This document shows positions 38,200 through 48,767 of a stretch of DNA of 64,000 nucleotides, piece after piece. The stretch is taken from positions 310,001 to 374,000 of the forward strand of contig BAAIJX010000002.1 of assembly GCA_054600435.1 (NCBI GenBank), written 5' to 3'. How positions within the stretch are numbered: the first letter of the stretch is position 1; each line of letters starts with the position of its first letter. A program made the position numbers and the translations under genes. Under the pieces are notes generated by a model. That model did no database searches. It was not told where the DNA came from and saw only the letters and a list, made by a program, of their open reading frames with translations. This stretch comes from Neophaeotheca triangularis (Eukaryota).

Positions 38200-40440
38200 A
38201 AGAGAGTATAAGGCGAAAGGTTAGATAAAGCGTAAGGTATCGTCAGATCGTAAAAAGAAGAGAAATTAACTAATGTATTTCGTATAATCCTAGTACTTTA
38301 TAGATAATGAACGTGTGATAAAGGGTAATCGACTGATAGCGTTTATTAGCATATGTATTCTGTAGTAAGATACGGGTCTTGATAAAACAAACTTATAACT
38401 AACCTAATCTACGTACTCCTAAACACGGCTACTAAGAGAGTTAGTAGTATGTCTACTAGAGTAGGGAGGGGAGACTATTAAACTTTAATTAATAGGTAGC
38501 TGCGCTCCTTTTTAAAATCGAACTTATAGGAACGCACCTAAAAACTAACGACTACTAGTGTCCTATGTTAACAGAACGACATCAAGACGGAAGCGCATAT
38601 AGATGCCTATAGTAAATTAACTATGCCTTAAAGAAGGTCTACCCTACCCCGTAACGAGTCTAATAGTGATAGCGAATATGAGTAAGATACTATATATAAG
38701 GGTAAAGGATTATATAGTATGTAGAAGAAGGGAAGGGACGAGAGAGACGAGTGAGTCTATTACCTTATACTACAGCTCAGTATGCTACTTTAACAACTAT
38801 AGTTCTAAAACCCCTCTACCTTTGAAAAGATAAAAGGGTTAATTGCTATAAAAGGACTCTAGTAGATAATTAAGTAATAGGAACTAACACTACGACGATA
38901 TATCGCTTAGGATAGGGAAGTATAATGCCGATTAGGTTGAACTAATAGGATAACGGACGATGTATAAGTGAACGAAGTAGCTTTTAAATACTAGAGCAGT
39001 AGTAGGAGCGGCCTTATATAACACTATATTCCTAACCGAATCATAGGATAGATAGGTATATGCTTAGGCTAACATTACTTGGTCTAATATCTAATAAGAG
39101 CTCTCCCCTAAAGAGAGAGAAACTATACCCTATTAACTAGCTATAGCTAGGCTGTAGAAGGTTAGCTTATCTACTCTTATTCATGCCATATTGCTAATAG
39201 AACTAGATAAGGGAGTCTGTTCGACATTACTATAATAACATTATGCGAAGAATTCGAGAGGATTTGACGAACATTATTAGGAAACATGTCTCTACTAAAG
39301 ATGCCCGCGAATAGGCGATAGAGTGTCTATATAATAACATCTTCAAATGTAAGAACGACGTGCCTATAAGTATATATACCTAGGGTACTACTTAATCCGT
39401 CTTAGGTCTAATAATACCCTTTAGGGTAGGTAAAACATTATCTAGGGAAAATAGTACTAGATAGTCTTTAGACATCGCTCTTTAGGCATAACTTGATAGG
39501 GATATAGCTATACACGAAGCACTTGTTTACTAATATAAGCGCTTTCTTACTTATTAGTATAGTGACTACTATTTATTACGTTCTATTAGCTATTAAGAAC
39601 ATATAGCTAGAGAACCTAAAAGCGATAAGACTAAACATATTCGAGGTTACTTAAATATTTGAGGGGAAGATAAAGCTATAGATAGCGTAGAGCGTAGAAC
39701 GATAGGGGAGAATACTCGAGATCATGAGTACATCCTTATACGACATAGTAGTATAGGAACTAGTGGGCTATAACCTTAGCCTCGAGACAATATAAGCAAT
39801 ATTTAACGAGAGTCTAGAAGGGCTTGAATCTACTAATAAAGAAGACATACCTAATAACATAGTAAGCTCGACACTACTATATAAGATAGGGTCGCGATAA
39901 AGTAATGTGGCTACACTTACCTATAAGTTCCTATATATAGCCTAATAGTAAGATAAATCGCTAATCGAGTAGATAGAGCTATAACCCTAAGGGGATGAAT
40001 ACTTCCTAACATCGCTACTACATGTTAGTAAAGTCTCCTAAGTCTCCCTATTCGTGTCCTAGACTAGGAGGTCGAATCACTAGACTAGTACAAAATGTCT
40101 AATTCGAACCGAAACACGAACCGAAACATGAACCGGGTCCTAGATTAGGAATTAGATAGCCCGATCTAGGACATAAACTAGGAGGTCATATTATAGGACT
40201 AGTATACGGTGTCTAACTCGAACTAAGATACGAACTAGGTCCTAGATCGTGAATTAGACAGCCTAATCTAGGACATAAACTAGGAGGTCACATTATAGGA
40301 CTAGTACATAGTGTCTAACTCGAACCGAAACACGAACTATGTCCTAGATTAGGAAGTAGACAGCCTAGTCTAGGACATGAACTAGGAAACGGTAGATTAC
40401 CTAATTCCTAATTCAAGCCTTATACCTAACCCTAGATGAT
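38200..40440 (+). pseudogene. RIP-mutated intron-containing gene, possibly DUF6532-like, with 102/114-bp C-terminal repeats
   Basis: Exon-like frames separated by GTGAGT/GTTAGC/GTAAGA...AG introns. Helical segment SLFRH...LF..ISAFLL..IVTTIYYVL. Repeats anchored at ACTAGGAGG 40063, 40177 and 40279, plus a partial copy at 40381. Confidence 0.45.
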
Positions 40441-40459
40441 TACTAAGCCTAGACTTCAG

Positions 40460-42121
40460 CTCATAGTATGTAGCGAACACTTAGTAGACAGACTCTACTA
40501 TAAAAGGAACGACTACTTTCTAAGGTTATTAGGATTTCTCTAAGCATAATCTAGGGATATAGATATCGATAGAAATGCGATTAAATAACGCTATAGGCCT
40601 AGAAGAAGGGGGATATCTATAGCATTATGTAGTAAAGGATAGGAAGGGAATAAACGAGAGGAAGGAAGCTACTTTTAACGAGGATTCGCTATAGTCGATT
40701 AAGAACTCTTAGGCTAAAGGCGGTGTAGTAAAGGGTAGGAAACTAAGGGTATACTAGGTAGATATAGATGATAAACTATCTGAAGAGTAAATACTATACT
40801 GTACATTCGGATCTGATTTTAGTAATGCTTAGGAATAATGTATTACCTCTCTATAAGTAGCGTAGGCCTTATATAAGCGGAATAATGATAAATCCACGAA
40901 ATGAAAAGGTAGTTTCGAAGTCGAACACCCTATAAACCGGAAATTTCACTAGTTCACGAACTAGTACCTAACTCGTGAACTGATTCGGGTTCTAGTTTAG
41001 TAACTAGTTCACGAGGAATTACTAACTTATATTAAGAGGAGTAAGGGAAAAATATTAGGTACTAATAAGTTCGAAGAGTTCCTAGAAGTATCTACGCTAT
41101 TAGGGTTTTCTAGACAGATATGAAGTCATTAGGTATTAGCTCTACTTCGACTATAGCGGATCGAGGCTTACTAGCCGTCCTAGTATCGACTTCCTTACTA
41201 TCCGAGAAAGACCTATTAATAGAAGACTCGTTATTAGCCGTTATAAAGGTACTGTCTTTAGAGCTATCCTCTTTAATAGACCCTCGCCCCATAAAATCGT
41301 CGCTATCTCGCTTAGGGATCGAACTAGCTCGCTTAATCGTAAGAGTCTAGTCTATCGTATTAGTACTATCGCTAGCGTCGCTACGTATATATACTTCTCT
41401 TAGTATAGCTACTATATTAAGGCGTAGTGCCTTATGTAGAGGGCTTACCTAGCGAGCCGGTAGGCTATAGTTAGCCTTAAGTAGTACCTTTACAAGTAGA
41501 TTTGCTACTACTGCTAGCTAGAGGTCGAGTATACAGGTATCGCTTAAAACTATTATAGGAGGAGTAGGAAGTAATAGCTTTCTAAGTAGTACTATGTCGT
41601 CGTTATCGTTAGTAGACGTTATCGATATATTTGTATACTCTATAAAATCAGGATCTAATAACATCTTATCGTCGCTATAATCGCCGTTATCTATACTAGG
41701 CGAAGTAGTAAAGACCGAGCCGAATAGTAGTAGCTTCCGTAGAGGGCTTATCTAGCGAGCCGGCGGGTTAGGAATAGTAGACGACTATAAGAAAGATACC
41801 GTAGCCGCTATTATCGCTCGTTTCCTTAGATCTTATAATAGATTGTATACACTTATTTCTTCTAAGTTCGTACCTAGCGAGTCCTAAGCCTAAGCCCAAG
41901 CTACTTATTCGAGCTCTCTATACTTCTTCTCTTTTTAGATTACCTAAGAGATAGCTAACCATTTGCCGTTTTCCTTAGGAAAGGGGGGGTTATAGGGGTA
42001 GATCTAGAGAGGGATCTACCGCCTAGTAACTAGGTCTTTACTTAAGCCCTATATAGAACCGAATAGATTAACTCTAGGAGGCGCTTACCTATAGGGCAAC
42101 TTAAATAGTAGTCGGCGACAT
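40460..42121 (-). pseudogene. RIP-mutated hypothetical gene with Pro/Ser-rich N-terminus
   Basis: Single frame of ~550 codons from ATG 42121 with only TAA/TAG internal stops. Includes the 41110-41292 ORF fragment and an in-frame 12-bp repeat cluster at 40935-41012. Confidence 0.5.
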
Positions 42122-42259
42122 AACCCTCTATTAATCGTATACTTTTCGTCCGAGACACTTAGTAGGACTATATTAGAAGCTAAAAGCAATACTTAATAAA
42201 GAGGTACTAAGAGATAAGAAAGGGAGGGGGAAAGAGGGGGAAAAGGGGAGCTTATTAAA

Positions 42260-44643
42260 GGTACTAGGCATAACCTGAGTAGGACGAACAACTAGTTAAG
42301 GCGTTCGAGCTAAGATAGAAGAAAGAGGAGAAGGGGGAGAGGAGGAGTTTGTTTAAGGTACTAGGCATAACCCGAGTAGGACGAATAACTAGTTAAGGTG
42401 TTCGATAAGAGATAATAGCGCTAAATAACGAGGCTTATGCTTAAGGAGATAAAGGAGGGTAGTATATAGATTAACTAAGCATAACTCGAGTTAAGGTAAG
42501 GAATAGCGAGCCGAAGTAAGCGTTCGCCTACCGTTTTACGAACACTAAACAATCGACCTAAAGGCCTCTTAACGGGTTCTATAGGAGATACCTAGAAAGG
42601 TAAACCCTAAGTAGAGAACGAGGAAATAAGAATTTCCTAAACGAAGGAAGTAGACACTAACGACATATAGAAAGTAGCTACTTTAGTGTTAGTGTTAGTA
42701 GTAGTAGTGGTTATGTTCCTAGAACTATAGGATGTAGTCGTGAGGTAAAATGAGACGGATTAGGATTAGTGGCTCTAAAGTACGCCTTCTATCTAAACAT
42801 ACTTAGTCGTTAGCTCTACATGTTACCTGTCTCGCTCGCTCTTACTAGAATATTTATAGATAGAGCGAGAAATTGTTTTAGACTAGACTTAATATTCAAG
42901 TATCTAATCCGCTAGCTTAGCTCGACTCCCTATTTCCGTAGCTAGCCATTCTACTATGATACTAGCACATAATATATTCCCTATCTAGCGGCGCTAAGAG
43001 TAATGTATTCTATAATAGGTAGCTTTAAAATTACCTATCTTATGTATACACTAAAGTAGCTACTCTATAGAATGCTTTTAAGCCCTAACCTAGTCGTACT
43101 AACCCTAACTACACTATATAAGCTTTTGATCCCTAAAGCTAATTCGTTCGCTAGAGGTAAGTAGTTAGCCTACGACGATATATTAGCTTGACTCGAGTCG
43201 CTAGAGTACCTATGAGATAATACATAGATAATAGTACGATCATACCTCGAGGACATATTAGAGGAGATGTCGTGTATCGCTTTAGTATATAGTTAGTAAG
43301 CTTATAAAGCGTAGTAAGCTAAGCTCGCTATCGCTTACCCATATCGTATTAGTACACGTTCCTAGCTTTAGACGACATGTCTCTTTATGAAGCGCGATAC
43401 GTACTATGTCTCGTACTTTCCTCCGACTAATATCTACTTATATCTACTATACTATAGTGAATTAGGGACGGGTAGTCTCGCCGACTTAGTCTCCTATCTC
43501 GATACGGTTTACGGTACTCTTTACTTAAAGAGAAGAAAGTAAAGTCATGTCGCTATTAGTAGGTAGTATCGTAGTTTGTTAGAATAGGTTCGTGTCTCTA
43601 AAAGAAGCCTATAGGTAACATAATATACTACCTCTCTATCATTTACCTATAGCGAACGCTTTCCTAGTTATACGAGGTAGAGTAGACGAATAGAGCTAAG
43701 TAGATAGGTATATATTATCTAGCTCTCTTACATTCCTTATGTTTAGTCCTATTATCTTCTCAGTACTCTTTTATATCGTTCATATCGTATCGTAAGTAAC
43801 CTAGCTTCTATCTTTCCTCTACCCTCCTAACTAAAGCCGACGTTTAAGCTAACTATAAGTAGAGAATGAGTATATAGGCGGCTCTATGTAGCGGTAGATA
43901 CGATTTCGTCTAGCGCGAGTTTAGTCGGTCGAAACGATAGAGTAGTAGTAGTGTAAGAGAGAGACCGGAGTCTCTACACGTTATTATCGGAAGCCTTAGA
44001 GATCGATTGTATTGATATAGAGATGTAGAAGAAAGAAAATAGTCGCCTCGGTTAGTAGTTTCTTTTAATATTAGAAAGGTCTACTACATTATATTACATT
44101 GTCTCGCGGACGGCCTTTTAGAAGAAGCCTTTATGAGGTAGGTAAGATCGAGCTCTAAGAGTTAAAGTCTTAGTATCTCCGTCCCGTAACACCACACTAC
44201 TTTTATATTCTATAAGTCCTTCCGCTATATTATTCCTCTCTTTCTCTCTCTCTTCTCTCTATAACCTCTATTACTACTACTACCTTCTCTCTCGCCTATT
44301 TCTTTTACGGGTCATTAACATCATTATTATTATTATTAACGTCTTTTAGCGTTTACGCCTTATTTTACGTGCCTTCTAGACGTATCCTTTACTAGCTAGA
44401 ACGCTACTTTCGAGTAGTAGTTTAGCTCTCTACTAGAACGCTTACTTCTAGCTCGCTATTCAGTGTATTAGCTCGGGTTATGTCTAGCTAATCAAAAAAC
44501 CTCTCGTTCCCCCCCTCTCTTTCTTTCCTTTTATGCGCGCCTTCTAGCTATTACGTTCTTTATTTCTTACATACTTTTACAAGCTATACATTTTTCGAAC
44601 ACCTTAACTAGTTATTCGTCCTACTTAGGTTATGCCTAGCACT
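42260..44643. repeat. Inverted repeat pair bracketing ~1.9 kb
   Basis: A 49-bp unit (42260-42308 and 42357-42405) is found reverse-complemented at 44595-44643. A second block 42470-42525 matches 44436-44493 in inverted orientation. Confidence 0.85.
42820..44055 (+). pseudogene. RIP-mutated hypothetical gene between the inverted repeats
   Basis: Frame from ~43141 to 44055 reads protein-like through mostly TAA/TAG stops. No domain recognised; start uncertain. Confidence 0.35.
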
Positions 44644-44662
44644 AAACACTACTACTACTACT

Positions 44663-47600
44663 ATGTCCTTCTCTAGTAGCTCCTCATCCCTCGCTAGCGC
44701 GCCTTAGCTAACTAGCTTAACACTAAGCGGATCTAGTAAGCCTATCGCTAAGCTAGCTAAAACATAACTAAACGATAATGTTTATAGTATAGATGACGAC
44801 GTAGCACTAGACGACTCGAAAGATAGCTCGATCCTAATACGCGATAACGAAGACGATAGTAATAAAGCTAAGTCTATCGAAGTATCTACTATCGCTTCTT
44901 ACGTTCGTCGACAACTAAGTAATGACTAGCCTAGTAGGGATCGGCTAATATCGGCCTAATAGACGGCTAATACTAAGATTAACGGCAAACAGTTTTCGAC
45001 TATACCTAATAGAAAAATGCCCGCGATTATTATAGCTTCATAATAGCATGAAGATGTTAAGGAGTTTCTATATAGGGGTATTTATAGCGTTAGCGACATT
45101 CGGGATCCTAAAGAAAAGGACTTCATAGTAAGCTTTACGGCTCACTCCTAGCATCCCTCGATGAATATACACATTAGAAGAGGAGGTAGGTTGTAATCTA
45201 ACGTAACTTACTATCTATTTGTCGATTGCCTAGACCGCGAGAAAATTTAGGAAGAGGACGGAGAATATATATTTATACCATGTTAGGATGTATACTAGGG
45301 TATCGATAACATGATTCGCGAAAACATGCCCTAGGCTAGCTACAAACCGGAAAACACTTTAGAAATATCTCTATTTAAATAGTTAGAAGAGAGAAGGAAG
45401 GACAACTCGCTTATGCTTTTCGATATCGATATAGCCTTAGAGGATAGGTTCTAGACTTCTAGTGCCCCCTACGTAAAGCCTGTCTTCGAAGGTATCATGT
45501 ACGAAGAAGTCGAAGTACTATAGGGTCGCTTAATATATAGCGAGGTCCTTAGTCTATAGGAGAGCTTAATCGCGTAGCTATATACTAGTGACATAAGGTT
45601 ACGAGTTTTCCGGTACTAGCCCGATAGAGCCTAAAAGTCGGTATAGAGTTTCCGTGATTAGATATAATACTACTAGAAGGAAGTCGCGTAAACAGGTAGT
45701 AACTAGTAGTATTAATCCGAGCGACTAGAGCTGTCTATTTACTCGCCTAAAGTTAAACATAGGGATATACCTATACCAAAGCACCTTATTTAAGAGTATA
45801 AAACCGATTCCTAGGGCAACCTTATACCGAGTAGGTAGATAAGCTTACTAGCACTATAGATTTACCCTAACTACTACACATTTGCCTTCTACGAACTACT
45901 CGCTATCGATCGTAACTATGTATTCGAAAAGCGAGTACTTAAAGAGTCGTACTTAACTAGTAAGTTTATGAGCTATAAAGGCTATAGACATCTAGATTAG
46001 AAGAACCTTTACCTATTCGAGATGTTATTCGATAATACGTATATGTTAGCGCTAAATAGTGATCCGACTTTAAGACTATCTATAGGTACCTCGATTAGCC
46101 TTATAGTAAGGATAGCCGTAGAGGCTAAGGCTTAAGAGGCCGACTTATTAGCTATAGATGTCGACCCTCTAACTAAATACGTCCTAAGAGGCGTAATCTA
46201 CGACAACATGTTTAGTAATAAAAATGCCGATATCGTTATCTACGTCTAGGGCTAGGATGACATAGCTATTAATAGTAAGCTCGAGTGTAAGCTACGCTTT
46301 ATAGTAGATACTACTCTGTCTACACGACAAAAGTAGGGTATTAAAAGCGTTATAGAGAGTATAGAGTAAGGTAAGGAATATGGGGTCGACATCATAAGCC
46401 TCGTACTTCGTACGCTAGCTAAAGTACGCCGTATAGACATTGCTATAGCCTATCTCGTAAGAATCCTAGACATATATAATGCCTACTAAGCCGCTCTTAC
46501 TAAGTAGAATCTTAACGAAAGGTAATAGGCTGCCGCTAGTCTAGTTTCTACGACAAAGAGTAGTCTTATTACTATCTATAGACCCCCTAGTACTAGTAAA
46601 AGTCTGACTTTAGCCGTGTCTATATATACTTAGTATGTATTAGGCAAATGCCTTCTATAAAATGCTAGACATCATACGGTTCTAGTATATACGCCTATAA
46701 ATGTCGTAGTCGATATACTCATAAGCTCCTTTAATTAGGGACGTAATATAGTCATCTATCTACTTATCGTCATGCGATAGCGAGACGTATTTCTACGTCT
46801 AAAGAGCGATATAGACTAGGATGTCCCGATAAGTAGTGTTCTAAGTATACCTCTTATACTAGAGTAATAGTCTAAGAAAGTAATCTAGGAGATAGCTATA
46901 GTAATAAACCTACTTAAGATAAGCTCGGTAAACGAGTAGTATTCCTTCTATGAGTAACGCCTATATTATATCCGTAAATGGGTAGACCTAGAGATAGCGT
47001 ACCTATTAGCTAATAAAGCCTAGAATTACATGAGGTTATGGACCAAAATGTAGTAAGCTAAGTCTAATAGCGCTACAAGGGCCATAACCCTAGAGATCGA
47101 ACTACTCGAGTTAAAGCTAACAACATACTTTTTAGAGAAGTGTGTTAATGTCGTCTTTTACACAAACAGTTCCGCCGCGCACGATATGTTAGTCGACAGC
47201 TTCTATCCTAATCTGCTCGTAACGGACAAAGCTACTATTAGCTCTATCCTAGACGTCGCGACCCTAATAGGCTTCTTTATACGCGACATCTATACAATTT
47301 TGATAGTAGGCGATTACAAGTAGGGCGAGCTAATAACGCTGTCGACTAGTCGTAATGAGATGGTAGAGTGCCTATAGCGATCTCTCTTTACCTACGTCGT
47401 AGAGGACTCGATGAGGACTCCTTTCATCATTCGACTAGTGGTACAACACCGCATAGACCCTTAAATTGCCGATCTAATCTCGAAAATCATATACGATAGT
47501 ACTCTAGAGAATCACCCCAGTACTAGTAGGATGAATGAGGCATAGGTGACGATGAATGCCCTCCTTAAAGCTAGACTCGGTGGAGCTTTCCGAGCCGACG

Positions 47601-48538
47601 GACATAGCGAACAAGGACCTGTCAGAGGTTAGCATCGTTTGGGCTTCGACATCAGCGCTAGTCGTAGCGAGAAGTTCGGAAACACGACGTCGAGCTATAA
47701 TACCGTAGAAGCTGATGTGGTCGCTTAGGTGATCAAACGGGCCTTACATTTCCCGGCGCTGCCCGGCGGTCGTGCTCTTACCCCTACCGACTTCATGGTT
47801 ATGACGCCCTACACTAGACAAAGGATTCGCATTAGCGAGTTGCTCATTAGAGGAGGTAGTAGTGTTCCTAGCAATCGCGTTCGCCTAGAGATGTTCAGAT
47901 TAGTATAAGGTGCCGAGGCTCCGTTTGTCTTTATCTCGTTGACGAGGAATGTAAGAGACAAACCACTGTCTCTCGGCTTCATCGAAAACCCGAACACATT
48001 GAACGTGGCTATGTCTCGTGCGCAGTTAGGACTATTTGTCCTCGGGAATTTCAAGCCATGGGTGCAAGCATGGGAGGACAGTTTCCACAACTTCTACCAA
48101 AACAAGGCCCGAGCACGTATCTTCGGCGACTTCATCGCGGATTTCTAGAACAAAGGAGACATCATCTCCCACGATAATCTTTTGGATTGGGAGAGAAGCA
48201 CTATACCCGATACAGCCACCTTCGCCGAATCTATCGCTGAGGCATTTTCGATTGGCATTAAACCTAGAAAGTAGAAGAGTCGCAGTGTCGGTAAGGACGG
48301 CAAGATCAGCTCGGCTTTCGCCTGTCGCGAGATTCCGCACTTCGATAAACTGCTAGAACATGCGCCCGGCGAAGAGCCAGCTAAAGATGGCGCGGCGGGT
48401 GACGAGGAGAAAGAGAAGAAGAAGAAGAAGACCCGACACAGTGCAAAGCACGGCAAACAGTCTGCTTTTCCCCAATCGCGAGGCGGCCCAGGTGGCCGCG
48501 GTGGTGGAGGTGGACAAGGTCGAGTTGTTCGCACGTAA
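44663..48538 (+). pseudogene. Upf1/Nam7/DNA2-like superfamily 1B helicase (AAA_11/AAA_12 type), ~1290 codons, RIP-inactivated
   Basis: One frame throughout: I[H][G]PP[G]T[G]KS (46574-46603), LVTD[E]A, IVGD[H]K[Q], SLF, QHR[M], VMTPY..Q, V[Q]GAEAPFVFISLTR, GFIENPNTLNVAMSRA. Lys-rich and RGG-like C-terminal tail. Confidence 0.9.
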
Positions 48539-48767
48539 AAATGGTAGACAAACTGGGTGATGTAGTTCTAGCTGCCTGTAGATGCTAGAATGAACATCCT
48601 TTCTCCCTTTCAAAAACTGGAAACGAAGATGCCAAGCTCTCCCCCGCAAATTTCCCCGACCGCCCAAGTCGATGGCATGTCAATTGAGCCAAGACGCTGC
48701 ACTGGAGGCCACTCACCTTATGAGGTATTGGGTCGAGTGAAAGAGGGAAAAAACGACCCAACCCAAC

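Larger units (their letters stand above)
12639..48680. mobile_element. Putative giant Plavaka-family DNA transposon with cargo genes, RIP-inactivated (~36 kb including a nested LTR element)
   Basis: Abrupt switch to TpA-rich, CpA/TpG-poor DNA. Contains a Plavaka transposase relic and ~10 other RIP-damaged genes. Inverted end motifs: ACGTGCCA...AGCTTGGCA (12639-12666) and TGCCAAGCT...TGGCATGT (48630-48680). RIP weakens toward both ends. Confidence 0.7.

Noticed and set aside
12900..47500. Centromere or foreign low-GC DNA
   Set aside because: The AT richness is explained by RIP of gene-dense sequence (stops almost all TAA/TAG). Centromere function cannot be judged from sequence alone.
13000..48356. 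Short ORF-track calls inside the AT-rich block (e.g. 13000, 13483, 18811, 33569, 41110, 46252, 47939)
   Set aside because: They are stop-free fragments or antisense shadows of the larger RIP-damaged genes, not independent genes.
44663..48538. Helitron Rep-helicase
   Set aside because: Motifs (GPPGTGKS, GDHKQ, QGAEA, NVAMSRA) are Upf1/Nam7-like rather than Pif1-like, and no HUH Rep motifs were seen.
12639..48680. Starship element
   Set aside because: No DUF3435/tyrosine-recombinase captain was recognised at either end; the terminal genes point outward and the only clear mobility enzyme is a Plavaka transposase. An HMM search is needed to exclude it fully.
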